From the NCBI GenBank assembly GCA_963667665.2, contig OY763927.2, forward strand, positions 896,001 through 960,000: a stretch of 64,000 nucleotides of DNA. Reading direction: 5' to 3'. The translations under genes were made by a program, and so were the position numbers. Under the pieces are notes generated by a model. That model was given only the letters and a program-made list of their open reading frames with translations, did no database searches and was not told the DNA's origin. Source of the stretch: Nitrosopumilus sp. (GTDB lineage Archaea; Thermoproteota; Nitrososphaeria; Nitrososphaerales; Nitrosopumilaceae). Every line of letters starts with the position of its first letter. Positions within the stretch are counted from its first letter, which is position 1. Shown piece after piece: positions 48,845 to 59,211 of the stretch.

Positions 48845-51802
48845 TTATCTTACATTAAAAAAGTCAGTAACTATCACATCATGATATTGTAACTGTACTA
48901 CATAAACACCAGAGTCAAAGGGTTGTGATAATACTTCAGTAAATAATCCTGAAGAATTGTCTTTTAGAGCAATCTCTTCAATCAAATTCCCTCGTTGATC
49001 ATAGATATCAATAAAAAGATCCTCTCTAAATGCAATAGTCTTTTGAACAACACCAGTTAGTATCAACTTATCATTGTCATAGAGAGCTTCAACTACTGCT
49101 ACATGTGATCTAATAGGAAGATATCTTTCAATAATCATCTTGAGTTCGTTTAGATTATCATTAACACTATCAGCATTTCTATCAGTAAAACCAAATTTGA
49201 TTTCATTAATTACAGATGCAAATCTAGGATTTTCATCAAAACTATCTCTACCAAATTCTTTTGCAAATGACTTTAATTCTTTAAATTCACGTGCTAGGTC
49301 TACCATATTTAGATTAGATTGAGTGTATTTGTAATCAAATTCAGCCTCAACATGAACAATCTGAGAGGCTTTTGAATTCTGATATTGCAACATTACAACA
49401 TAAAGACCAGGATCTGTGGGTGCAATCCATTGAGTGTAAAAGTTGCCCTGTTTAGTGTCAGTAAATTCCAAACTACTATGAGTACTTCCATCCATATTGT
49501 AAATTGTGACATACAAATTTTCTCTTCTATCAAATATTGGTTTGTCAGTGGCGCCTTTGATAACCCAAATATCTTTTTCAGCATCAAATGAGATATCATA
49601 AATAATTTTAGGATTATCTAGAACCAAATATTCACTAAGATAACTACCAATTTCTATAATCTTAGATTCAGCATCAACAAAGTTTGCAATATCAATTAAC
49701 TCATAGGCATCATCCATCATTTGATTATAACCATCAACATGTGCAGAAAATTCATTGTTATAGAAAGTAGATACCATGTTTGAAAATGTCTCTAGTTTTT
49801 TACGGAAATCAATTCGTTTTATTTCATCTACAGTATATCCAACATCAGAACCACGAGGATCATCAGAATATGCTTGGGAAACAAGAGTCCATTCATCAAA
49901 CAAATCACGAACTAGTTTATCTGCTTGATCAAGATCATTTTTGATTACAAGATCTCGTACATTATCAATTTTTTCATTAAATTTTTCAGTAAATTCAATA
50001 TAGTTTGGCAAGAAACGGTTCTTAGTTAAACTCAGTTCAACTAAATTTTCAAGAGATTTTGCTCTTTGTAAAACATCACTTGCACGAATTTTGAAAGAGT
50101 CTTTATTATAAGAATCCAAATCTGTTTTAATTTGAGGTGCTTTTTCACTTACCCATGTTAATAAAACTTCAATTCTATCAATTCGCATAATAGATGGATT
50201 ACCAGATTCCATTTGTTTGGCAGTACCTAGAATTTTCAAGGCATTATCAATCAAAAATAAATTTTCATAGTCTGCTTGAATTTCAGCTTTCATTTTCATA
50301 GTTTTATATTGAAATTCCAAAACTACCAAAGGATTTCGTTTCTCTCTTAGTTCAGTCATGGACTGATCAAACTCTGAAATAATTTCTAAAACCTCACCTA
50401 CGGATTTGGCGTTTTCAACTCTTTCTAAAAGAAATTCCCAATCAGATACAAGACTAGAATCAGCACCAGTTGCTTGTGAAATCTCAACACTCTTGCTAAT
50501 TCTTGATGAAATATCTATAATCTGAGACATTTGGTAAATTTCAGATTCTGATTCCAAAATATCCTTAACTGAAGTTGCTAATGCCAAATCAGATTCTAAA
50601 TTATTCCAATCAGGTATTATCAGGTTTGCAAGATCATTATTTTCTTCAGAATTAGAAGAAATGAATCTCTCAACGCCATCTAGTTCTCGTAAAAGAATAG
50701 ATGCTTGATGTAATTCAGATACACGTGTCTTTTTTTCAATTAATTCTTCGATTGAGTCTGCCTTCATTAAAGAAGGTTTGAGTGATTCCCAATCATTTTG
50801 GACTAGTCTATAAAGATCACTTTGCTTTCTGGAGATTATATCAAGATATCTTGATTTTGAAAGGATGTCAATGAGTTCAGTAATTTCATCAGAGTAAATA
50901 GGAGCAGTTCCCCTAGCAAAGATAAATCCAACTTCATGTTTAACATCTCTGCTCATTACTGTATCAGATTTTTTCATCAAGTTTAGTAATGTATCTTCTA
51001 ATTCATCAAAAGTTGGAGCTCTTTGGTTAGCAGTCTTGTCAGGATTTACATTTCTAATATCAATAAAGGCATCAGTTAACAAACCAATTGCTTTGGTTTT
51101 ATCACCAATTTCATAATGAAATACTGCTGCAAAAATTATTCTATCAATGGACTTTGCAATATTAAAAGATATTTCATCTTCATCTAATAATTGTTGTACA
51201 GAATCTAATGAGGAAGATACTGCAGGTCTAATTAATGGTTCAATTTCAACAATTAAATCATCTACAAAGAATTTATTCCACAAATCAACATAAACAGATT
51301 CTAATTCTGATAAATTATTAGAAGTTTGGTTTGATATTGGATATGAGATATCAAATGTTGTACTAATTAATGATGCATGATCAGATACCAAGTTTTGTGC
51401 TAAAGAAATTTTTTGATCAATGTTTGATTCAGAAAAATGATCAGAAGAAACATTGAAGGTAGTAGATTTTGAATAGTCACCATAGAATAATTTTATTTCA
51501 TATTCACCAGAAAGACCACAAATTCTACCTTTCAGTGGAATTACGTCGGTGATAAAAACTCCATTTACTAATGGTGTAAGTTGTTGAATTTGACATAGAT
51601 CACCACGAGGATTAATAATTTGCATTATCAGAAAAGAATCATCTAAAATATTTGCAACTTGACCATAAATGAATAGTGGTTCTCCTTGATCATAATTACC
51701 AAAGTTTTCAAGAATTGTGATTCTATCTGGGCTTTGAGCAGAAGCATAAACAGGCATCAAAAGAATAACAATTAAGCTCAAAACAACAAGAATTTGTCTC
51801 AT
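48845..51802 (-). CDS. Large secreted hypothetical protein
   Basis: 985-aa ORF with signal peptide. Confidence 0.8.
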   Translation of the reverse strand: MRQILVVLSLIVILLMPVYASAQSPDRITILENFGNYDQGEPLFIYGQVANILDDSFLIMQIINPRGDLCQIQQLTPLVNGVFITDVIPLKGRICGLSGEYEIKLFYGDYSKSTTFNVSSDHFSESNIDQKISLAQNLVSDHASLISTTFDISYPISNQTSNNLSELESVYVDLWNKFFVDDLIVEIEPLIRPAVSSSLDSVQQLLDEDEISFNIAKSIDRIIFAAVFHYEIGDKTKAIGLLTDAFIDIRNVNPDKTANQRAPTFDELEDTLLNLMKKSDTVMSRDVKHEVGFIFARGTAPIYSDEITELIDILSKSRYLDIISRKQSDLYRLVQNDWESLKPSLMKADSIEELIEKKTRVSELHQASILLRELDGVERFISSNSEENNDLANLIIPDWNNLESDLALATSVKDILESESEIYQMSQIIDISSRISKSVEISQATGADSSLVSDWEFLLERVENAKSVGEVLEIISEFDQSMTELREKRNPLVVLEFQYKTMKMKAEIQADYENLFLIDNALKILGTAKQMESGNPSIMRIDRIEVLLTWVSEKAPQIKTDLDSYNKDSFKIRASDVLQRAKSLENLVELSLTKNRFLPNYIEFTEKFNEKIDNVRDLVIKNDLDQADKLVRDLFDEWTLVSQAYSDDPRGSDVGYTVDEIKRIDFRKKLETFSNMVSTFYNNEFSAHVDGYNQMMDDAYELIDIANFVDAESKIIEIGSYLSEYLVLDNPKIIYDISFDAEKDIWVIKGATDKPIFDRRENLYVTIYNMDGSTHSSLEFTDTKQGNFYTQWIAPTDPGLYVVMLQYQNSKASQIVHVEAEFDYKYTQSNLNMVDLAREFKELKSFAKEFGRDSFDENPRFASVINEIKFGFTDRNADSVNDNLNELKMIIERYLPIRSHVAVVEALYDNDKLILTGVVQKTIAFREDLFIDIYDQRGNLIEEIALKDNSSGLFTEVLSQPFDSGVYVVQLQYHDVIVTDFFNVR

Positions 51803-51877
51803 AAGGATCCAAATCTACGCCTATCTTACTTAAGATTTAAGTAGCTATGATACTAGGAAATATCGAATTTGATATAA

Positions 51878-52093
51878 TCAAGCCAGAGCAACTACCAAAG
51901 AATAGTTGTCTGACTTGATTGTTGGTACAGTGTTGGTCTGGTGAGCATTATGAGAAATGCAAGTTGAATGAAATTGTTCTATTGTACAAAGTGCACATTC
52001 CATACAAATCATGCTATTTGGCTTCATGCATTGAAAACATTTAGTATTATCAAGTAATTTTCCACCGCAGTTTCGACAGGATTCATCAGGCAA
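51878..52093 (-). CDS. Small Cys-rich zinc-binding protein
   Basis: CRNCGG..CFQC..CMEC..HSTC. Confidence 0.65.
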   Translation of the reverse strand: MPDESCRNCGGKLLDNTKCFQCMKPNSMICMECALCTIEQFHSTCISHNAHQTNTVPTIKSDNYSLVVALA

Positions 52094-52202
52094 TTCTTTT
52101 CAAATCAAATTAATAAAAATTGAATATAAGCAGCACGTAGAAGTCGTACAGCTCAAAGCTCAGCAAGACGAAGATTATAAGGGAACAAAAAAACAAAAAA
52201 TC

Positions 52203-52832
52203 ATGAATGGTGTTAAAAAAACTTTTGATAAATGGGCTCAAATTGGTAGAGCAGAATTAATGGAGAACGAACATGAAAATAATGTTTCAAAATTTTTACA
52301 GAAGATATCATTTGACAAACCATTTACATTTCTTGATGTTGGATGTGGAAATGGATGGGTTGTAAGAAAAATTGCAAAAGAAAATAATTGTAAAAAATCA
52401 ATAGGTATTGACATAAGCAAGAAGATGATCATTCAAGCCAAAAAGAAATTAGGTAATAAAAAAGAAGAATTTTTTCATACTGATATTGAATCTTGGGATT
52501 ACAAAGAAAAGTTTGATTTTATTTTTTCAATGGAGTCAATTTACTATGCAGATTCGATTGAAATAGCACTTGGAAAAATATACAAATTACTAAAACATGG
52601 GGGGCAATTTTTCTGTGGAACAGATTTTTACACAGAAAACAAGTCAACTGCAAGATGGGCAAATATTATGAAAATACAAATGCACTTACATTCAGAAAAA
52701 GAGTGGAGACAATTTTTTAAAAATGCAGGATTTCAAGTAAAAACAAAACACATCAAAGATTCAAAAAATAAAAAGAAATGGAAAAGAGAATTTGGGACTT
52801 TATTCATTACAGGCATAAAACCTGAAAAGTAA
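52203..52832 (+). CDS. Class I SAM-dependent methyltransferase
   Basis: FLDVGCGNG, GIDIS. Confidence 0.88.
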   Translation: MNGVKKTFDKWAQIGRAELMENEHENNVSKFLQKISFDKPFTFLDVGCGNGWVVRKIAKENNCKKSIGIDISKKMIIQAKKKLGNKKEEFFHTDIESWDYKEKFDFIFSMESIYYADSIEIALGKIYKLLKHGGQFFCGTDFYTENKSTARWANIMKIQMHLHSEKEWRQFFKNAGFQVKTKHIKDSKNKKKWKREFGTLFITGIKPEK

Positions 52833-52863
52833 AACTCAAATTCAAGAACAACATATTATTGCC

Positions 52864-53147
52864 ATGTGAGCTGGAGCACGACACGCTGCTACGGCAGAGG
52901 AAACTCCTCCCTCCATACAGGAAATGTGATCTGGAGATAGATAATCAGAGATGATTGGCAACGGAGCAGAAAAAAATCCAATATGGCGCACAATGATGGC
53001 AAAACCTGAGATTTCCATAAAAGGAATGAAAAAAGCCGACCCACATGGAGCAAGGCCAAACAGAACTCAAGGTTCCTGTACCAAGTTCAGGTAGGCTGCA
53101 AAGCGGAATATCGTGAAAACAGAAGGAGGGTTACTCCCAGCACACAT
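52864..53147 (+). ncRNA. rnpB: RNase P RNA
   Basis: GAGGAAACTCC and AAAACAGAAGGAGGGTTA conserved P4 strands; complementary ends (atgtg..gctgg / ccagc..cacat); GC-rich intergenic island followed by a T-run. Confidence 0.9.
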
Positions 53148-53185
53148 AATTTTTTTTAATAATAAAATTGTAATTTGAATTATTA

Positions 53186-54583
53186 TTACAATTGTCCTAC
53201 AGCTTCTTTACAAACATCAGTTGTACATTTGCAATCAGCACTACAAATACAATGACCTTGCATTGCACAATCACATGAGTAATCAGGATCGCCACAATCT
53301 GCTTCGCAACCACATGCTTGATCTACCATGTTAGGGGTTGCTGCTTGTGGTGGAGGACTCTGTTGTTCTAGAGGAGGACTTTGTTGTTGTGTTCCCTCAT
53401 AAACACTTCGAGTTTTTTGATAATCAGAATCATCTTTTAATTGAGCCTCACCTCTATTGGTTTGATAACCACCAGAAGATGCGCTAGTGGTATAACCCAC
53501 TAGTTGATCAGGTGCAATTCCTTGTTGTCCTTGTGCTTCTTTTTTGAGTGATCTATTGCTATAAATAAAAAATCCAATTCCTCCAAGAGCTGCCATTCCT
53601 GCCATGCCATAAACTATCATAACTGGAAATCCACCTGTTGAAGTTTGTGAATATCCCTCTGGTGGAGTTGGAGTTATTCCTACAATTTCAAGTCCTTCTA
53701 ATGTATCCAATGCACCAAAACCAATTGCAGATAGATTAGCTTGATCAGAGGATTGTACACTTCTAACAATATATTTTTCATCAGACATTATTTCTGCTTC
53801 ATAGATTTTTTCAATTTGAATTCCTTCTCTAATACTGCTTTCACCCATAGTCCAGCTAGAGATGACAAATCCTGCAATGCTTTCATCTAATCCAAATGTT
53901 GCAGCATCAGATGTAATTCCAGTTGGATCAAACAAAAAGTGCCAGTTAGTCATTGGTTGCTCTAAGATAAAGTCTGCATTAATGAGAGGGGTGTTAAGAA
54001 TGTCTTCTGCTTCAGTTCCAACAAAGAAGGTATAAGCTTCTGGCTCTTCAGATTTTAAAAGATTTAAAGGAATGTTGATATCCACACCATCAATTAAAAT
54101 TTCACCATCAACTGATAGCCCCCTCCAACCCAAATCAACCAAAGTTCTCTGAGTATCTTTTGTAATAACATAATTAGTTAATGTGCCTTCAATGATTACT
54201 TTGTAATCAACGGATGTACTGATGTTTCTTGCTTTAAGATGAAAATCATAAGATACATTCAAGTCTGAGATTCTTGCCTGACTTCCATCAGAAATAATTT
54301 TTTGATTAAGTTTAGCTAAAAGGTCTTTAACTCCAGGATTGGATAAATCAGCAGTACCAGAAACAGTCCATTGGTGTCCACGCAATTCATCAAATAGATT
54401 TCCACCATTTGGGTATTCAATAAAGATGGTTTTTTGATAATTCATTTTAAATGGAGATGAACCTTCATTTGGGTTAATTCTAGCATCCAGTTGGGCAGCC
54501 CAAACAGGTGTAGTAGTTCCTATAACAATTAGTCCTACAAGCATAACCGATAAAATTATAGCCCTAGACACGCAAAAAATCAT
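53186..54583 (-). CDS. Membrane-anchored protein with metallothionein-like Cys-rich C-terminal tail
   Basis: Signal peptide, TM near the C-terminus, CGC..DC..CDC..HCIC..CKC..C tail; start reassigned to ATG 54583. Confidence 0.75.
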   Translation of the reverse strand: MIFCVSRAIILSVMLVGLIVIGTTTPVWAAQLDARINPNEGSSPFKMNYQKTIFIEYPNGGNLFDELRGHQWTVSGTADLSNPGVKDLLAKLNQKIISDGSQARISDLNVSYDFHLKARNISTSVDYKVIIEGTLTNYVITKDTQRTLVDLGWRGLSVDGEILIDGVDINIPLNLLKSEEPEAYTFFVGTEAEDILNTPLINADFILEQPMTNWHFLFDPTGITSDAATFGLDESIAGFVISSWTMGESSIREGIQIEKIYEAEIMSDEKYIVRSVQSSDQANLSAIGFGALDTLEGLEIVGITPTPPEGYSQTSTGGFPVMIVYGMAGMAALGGIGFFIYSNRSLKKEAQGQQGIAPDQLVGYTTSASSGGYQTNRGEAQLKDDSDYQKTRSVYEGTQQQSPPLEQQSPPPQAATPNMVDQACGCEADCGDPDYSCDCAMQGHCICSADCKCTTDVCKEAVGQL

Positions 54584-54686
54584 GGTTATTAAAGTAATAA
54601 ACTTATCCAAAATTATTGATCGATATTTTTTGAAAAAGTAATATGGAGTGATGCAAGTACACTTTACAGTTTTAGGAGAAAATGGC

Positions 54687-55607
54687 ATGATTACAGTTTT
54701 AGCAGGAGGGACAGGTTCAGTCAAGATAGTAAGAGGTTTAATATCTCATGAACCCAAAGTCAATGTAATTAGTAATGTTGGAGATAATTATTGGCTTTAT
54801 GGACTCTATATTTGCCCAGACATAGATACTATTGTTTATGGTTTAGCTGACTTGCTTGATCAAGAAAGAGGATGGGGAATTAAAAAAGACACATTCAACT
54901 TTTTGCGTCAAATGGAAGTTTTTGGAGAAGAAACTTGGTTCAGAATAGGGGATAGAGATGCTGCAACAAATTTGATTAGAACAAATATGCTAAAAAATGG
55001 AAAAAATTTAAGTGACATTACAAAATGGATGTGTGAAAAATTTGCAGTTACAGCAAACATAATTCCAGTTACAGATAACACTATTGAAACAAGAATAACT
55101 ACAAACAAAGGAGAATTACATTTACAAGAATACTGGGTCAAACACAGAGGAAAAGATCCTATTGAAGGGATTCAATATATTGGAGCAGAGAAAGCTCGCC
55201 CAAATCCTGAAGCTGTAAATGCAATACATGATGCAGACATGGTAATTTTAGCTCCTGGAAATCCACTAACATCAATTGGACCAATGCTTCAGATTAAAGG
55301 GATCAGAAAAGAACTATCAAAGATGAAGAAAAAAGTAGTAGCAATCAGCCCATTGATTGGAGATAATGCAATTAGTGGACCTGCAGCAAAATATATGCAG
55401 GCTGCAGGAATAGAATCAAATGCATATGGATTAGCAAAAATGTATTCTGATGTATGTTCCAACATTATTGTAGATTCAAAAGACAAAACGTTAATTAAAA
55501 AAATTCAGAGTTTAGATATGAAAGTTTATGAAACAAAAATTACTATGAAAAACAAAATAGCTGAAGATGCATTAGCAAATTTCATCTTAAAACAAGTACA
55601 CGTGTAA
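54687..55607 (+). CDS. cofD: 2-phospho-L-lactate transferase (F420 biosynthesis)
   Basis: LAGGTG, NVGD, ICPDIDT, GDRD, LQEYWV. Confidence 0.92.
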   Translation: MITVLAGGTGSVKIVRGLISHEPKVNVISNVGDNYWLYGLYICPDIDTIVYGLADLLDQERGWGIKKDTFNFLRQMEVFGEETWFRIGDRDAATNLIRTNMLKNGKNLSDITKWMCEKFAVTANIIPVTDNTIETRITTNKGELHLQEYWVKHRGKDPIEGIQYIGAEKARPNPEAVNAIHDADMVILAPGNPLTSIGPMLQIKGIRKELSKMKKKVVAISPLIGDNAISGPAAKYMQAAGIESNAYGLAKMYSDVCSNIIVDSKDKTLIKKIQSLDMKVYETKITMKNKIAEDALANFILKQVHV

Positions 55608-55608
55608 T

Positions 55609-56247
55609 TTGAAAATAGCTGCAATAATTCCTGTAAAGACTTTCTCTAATGCAAAAACTCGTTTAGATTTATCTCCACATCAAATAGAAGATTTGTGTAT
55701 GGTAATGTTAGAAGAGATCCTACACATTATATCAATATCTCCACAAATTGAAAAAACAATCATGATAACAAAAGAAGAAAAAGCAATTGAGATTGGAAAA
55801 AAATTCAATACAATCACCATAATTGATGAAAAAGAAGAAAGTGTCAATAGTGCAGTGGCGCTTGCAGACAAGTATCTTTTAGATAATGGTTTTGATGCAT
55901 CAATCGTATTTCCACAAGATATCCCATACATCAAAACTCAAGATATTGACTTTATGTTAAACTATAAGATGCCACCAAATTTTGCAATAATTGTACCATC
56001 AAGAAGATTTGATGGCACTAATGCACTTGTAAGAATGCCAATAGATCTAATGGAGACACATTATGATGAAGATAGCTACAAAATTCACATGAATACAGCT
56101 AAAGAACACACACTAAATGTTGCAATGGTTTTTGTAAAAAGAATCATGTGGGATGTGGATAATTTCGAAGATTTGAAATTTCTATTAGAACAAAATGAAA
56201 AACCACAGATTGCTGAAAAAATCAAGAAAATTTTAGGAACAAACTAA
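55609..56247 (+). CDS. cofC: 2-phospho-L-lactate/PEP guanylyltransferase
   Basis: IIPVK..AKTRL, DGTNAL, DVD..EDL. Confidence 0.9.
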   Translation: MKIAAIIPVKTFSNAKTRLDLSPHQIEDLCMVMLEEILHIISISPQIEKTIMITKEEKAIEIGKKFNTITIIDEKEESVNSAVALADKYLLDNGFDASIVFPQDIPYIKTQDIDFMLNYKMPPNFAIIVPSRRFDGTNALVRMPIDLMETHYDEDSYKIHMNTAKEHTLNVAMVFVKRIMWDVDNFEDLKFLLEQNEKPQIAEKIKKILGTN

Positions 56248-56350
56248 CAAAATATTTCAAAAAGTAACAAAATAGAAATTTTACTTATGAGATCATCAGC
56301 AAACTTATAAGGGATTAATTAGAAAACATTAAATATTATCAGAAAAGGTT

Positions 56351-57274
56351 TTGGTGAATATAAACATGGTGAATACAATTAACACAAAGGAAAAATGCCC
56401 TAGATGTGGAAAAGGCAATCTAGTTACAGATGCCAGCACGGGAGAAAATTTTTGTGGGAAATGTGGATTTGTGATTACTGATAAAGTAGAAGAATCAGGA
56501 CCAGAGTGGAGATCATTTTCAAACGAAGGTGAAAATAAAAGTAGAGCAGGCGTTCCAACTTCACTTGCAATGCACGATATGGGATTAGCAACAGTCATCA
56601 ATCCTCAAAATAGAGATGCAACTGGAAAACCACTTACTGCAGCAATGAAAAGTACTATTGAAAGACTAAGAACATGGGATAGCAGAAGTCAAGTTCACGA
56701 ACCAGTAGACAGAAACTTTAGACAAGCATTTAGTGAATTAGATAGACTGAAAGACAAACTTGCAGTAGGAGATGCAGTTGTGGAAAAAGCTGCATACATT
56801 TACAGAAAAGCATTAGAAAAAGGACTTGTCAGAGGACGTTCCATTTCAGCATTGATTGCATCAGCACTATACGCAGCATGTAGAGACACAGAAACACCTA
56901 GAACACTAAAAGATATTGCGCAAGGAAGCAATATTAAACGAAAAGATATTGCTCGATGTTATCGTCTTTTACTAAGAGAATTAAATTTGAGAATGCCAGT
57001 AGTTGATCCAGTTAAATGTATTTCAAGAATTGCAAGTAAAGCTGGATTATCTGAAAAAACAAAAAGAAAAGCAACAAAAATTTTACAGACTGCTGAAGAA
57101 CTAAAAATTTCTGCAGGAAAAGATCCGATGGGGTTGGCAGCTGCTGCACTTTATGTTGCATGTGTAACAAATGGAGAAAATAAAACACAAAGAGATGTAG
57201 CTGAAGCAGCAGGAGTAACTGAGGTTACAATTAGAAATAGATACAAAGGCTTGAAAGTAGCATTAAATCTCTAA
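56351..57274 (+). CDS. tfb: Transcription initiation factor IIB
   Basis: Zinc ribbon CPRC..CGKC, GPEWRSF, two cyclin repeats, GVTEVTIRNRY. Confidence 0.96.
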   Translation: MVNINMVNTINTKEKCPRCGKGNLVTDASTGENFCGKCGFVITDKVEESGPEWRSFSNEGENKSRAGVPTSLAMHDMGLATVINPQNRDATGKPLTAAMKSTIERLRTWDSRSQVHEPVDRNFRQAFSELDRLKDKLAVGDAVVEKAAYIYRKALEKGLVRGRSISALIASALYAACRDTETPRTLKDIAQGSNIKRKDIARCYRLLLRELNLRMPVVDPVKCISRIASKAGLSEKTKRKATKILQTAEELKISAGKDPMGLAAAALYVACVTNGENKTQRDVAEAAGVTEVTIRNRYKGLKVALNL

Positions 57275-58252
57275 ATCAGACACTTTTTTAGAATAGAATC
57301 TGTGTACAATCAACATAGAAAGTGATAGAACGCCAGTAACCAAAAATAATATCTCTAATGAGGACATTAAGGAATGAGAAAATGCATCTTCAATTGAAAT
57401 AAAATTTAGATGAGAAATAAAATTTGCATATGAAAATACAAAATAATTTGTAGCCCAATGAATCAAAAGAGAAGCTACAAAACCATATCTAAGGTAAACC
57501 CATCCTAAAATAATCCCACTTACTGCAGCTTGAGCAAATTTACCTTCACTCCAAGATTCACCTAGAGCAATATGTGCAAATCCAAAAACAAGTCCAACCA
57601 AAATAATCAAGAAAATAGCTTTTTTAGAATCATGAATATCTAAAGTACCAGGATTCCACAAGCATCTGATAAAATATTTTATTGAAGATTTGTGAGAATA
57701 AATAAAAAATAACGGAATCCCAATTAAGATTAATCTAAACCCAAATTCTTCTATTATTGGAGCAAGACTGACATAAAAAAATTGGATGAGATCGTTATCA
57801 GTAGAAGGCGGAATAGTTACAATTCCAAATCCCTCTTGAATGAAATTAATCAATGCAGAAATTAAAATTAAAATTGAAAACCACGCTGTCACTCCAAATA
57901 GATAGTTAGACTTTGAGTCATATTTTCCAAAAGATATTATCGATGAAAGAGATTTCAAAAACCCATGTTTTGGACCCAGCAATGCAATTACAAAAATTAC
58001 AAGATAAAAAGTCCACAATATAACAAACATATCACCAATACTGATATCAATTTCTGCTCGATACATTTCTGTTCCATCAAAAATATCTAAATGAGTAAGA
58101 GGATATTCATAATTGATATCTCCACCAATTTCACTTTCAAAAACAACAAAAAGTCCTATCGGAAAAGAAACAAGAAGTAAACCAAAAATTACAGACAATA
58201 ATGCAGTGAAAGGAATTCCAAGAGCTTGAATAATTTTGTTTGAATTTTGCAA
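57263..58252 (-). CDS. CPBP (CAAX/Abi) intramembrane metalloprotease
   Basis: EEFGFR, FGFAH, HWATN. Confidence 0.85.
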   Translation of the reverse strand: MQNSNKIIQALGIPFTALLSVIFGLLLVSFPIGLFVVFESEIGGDINYEYPLTHLDIFDGTEMYRAEIDISIGDMFVILWTFYLVIFVIALLGPKHGFLKSLSSIISFGKYDSKSNYLFGVTAWFSILILISALINFIQEGFGIVTIPPSTDNDLIQFFYVSLAPIIEEFGFRLILIGIPLFFIYSHKSSIKYFIRCLWNPGTLDIHDSKKAIFLIILVGLVFGFAHIALGESWSEGKFAQAAVSGIILGWVYLRYGFVASLLIHWATNYFVFSYANFISHLNFISIEDAFSHSLMSSLEILFLVTGVLSLSMLIVHRFYSKKVSDLEI

Positions 58253-58258
58253 TTCGTT

Positions 58259-58567
58259 CTAATGTAATTCTATGCTATCTTCAGAAAATCCCAATCCAAT
58301 CAAAGTATCTTTAATGGTATCTCTATGATCACCCTGTAAGAAGATGTACCCTTCTTTTGCTGTTCCGCCACAAGCGTATTTATTTTTAAGATCTCTGGCA
58401 ACACTTTCTAAGTTGTTTAGTTTAGGATCTAATCCCTCAATCATAGTGCCTTTTTTTCTAAATCGTCTGGTTTCTAATCGAATTATAATTTTTGTACTGT
58501 CTTTGGCAAGTTCACCACAAGCACACAAGTCATCTGGAAGACCACAAGTATTACAAATTACTGCCAT
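58259..58567 (-). CDS. Translation initiation factor SUI1/aIF1
   Basis: LKNKYACGGT, LQGDHR. Confidence 0.92.
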   Translation of the reverse strand: MAVICNTCGLPDDLCACGELAKDSTKIIIRLETRRFRKKGTMIEGLDPKLNNLESVARDLKNKYACGGTAKEGYIFLQGDHRDTIKDTLIGLGFSEDSIELH

Positions 58568-58671
58568 ACGTTCGATAGAAATTCACTATTACGCACTATT
58601 AAGCCTTGTTTGAATATCAATTAAAAATTAAAAATAATGATATTTTTTAGATAGAAAATCAAAGAGAAATA

Positions 58672-58998
58672 GTGTCAAAAGATCTCACAAAAAAAGCTGC
58701 TGAAATATTGCTCAAAGGCGGAACATTACTCAGTGAACATTGCCCATATTGTAAAGGAGTGAGAGTGATGAAAGACGGTCATGCATTATGTATCAATTGT
58801 GGACGTGAACCTGAAAAAAAAGACATTCCAAATGAAAAAACCCCACAAAAAACAAAATCAAATTTAGAAGAAACTTTAGAAAGAAAGATAGAATCATTAT
58901 CAAAAGAACTTGAACAAGAAAACAATCATGAAAAACAGCAAGAGATACTAAAATCGATCAATTCATTATTGGAAACTATGAAAAAAGCAAAGAATTGA
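58672..58998 (+). CDS. Sjogren/scleroderma autoantigen 1 (UPF0148) zinc-finger protein
   Basis: LLKGGTLLSEHCPYC..CINC. Confidence 0.8.
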   Translation: MSKDLTKKAAEILLKGGTLLSEHCPYCKGVRVMKDGHALCINCGREPEKKDIPNEKTPQKTKSNLEETLERKIESLSKELEQENNHEKQQEILKSINSLLETMKKAKN

Positions 58999-59039
58999 CA
59001 ATAAGGTTTTTATGTTAAAATCCGTGTTTTTGAATTGTA

Positions 59040-59204
59040 ATGGCCGATAAAAAATCAGCACCACTTCCAGCATCAAGTGGCGGTCTCATGAGATTCTTTG
59101 AAGATGAGACTAAAGGATGGAAAATAGATCCAAAAATCGTAGTATCAGTTCCTATCAGTTTAATTATTGTTTCATGGTTAATTGATATCTTTCTAGCTCC
59201 GTGA
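59040..59204 (+). CDS. secG: Preprotein translocase subunit Sec61beta
   Basis: Manual translation MADKKSAPLPASSGGLMRFFEDETKGWKIDPKIVV + TM. Confidence 0.85.
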   Translation: MADKKSAPLPASSGGLMRFFEDETKGWKIDPKIVVSVPISLIIVSWLIDIFLAP

Positions 59205-59211
59205 AAAGACA

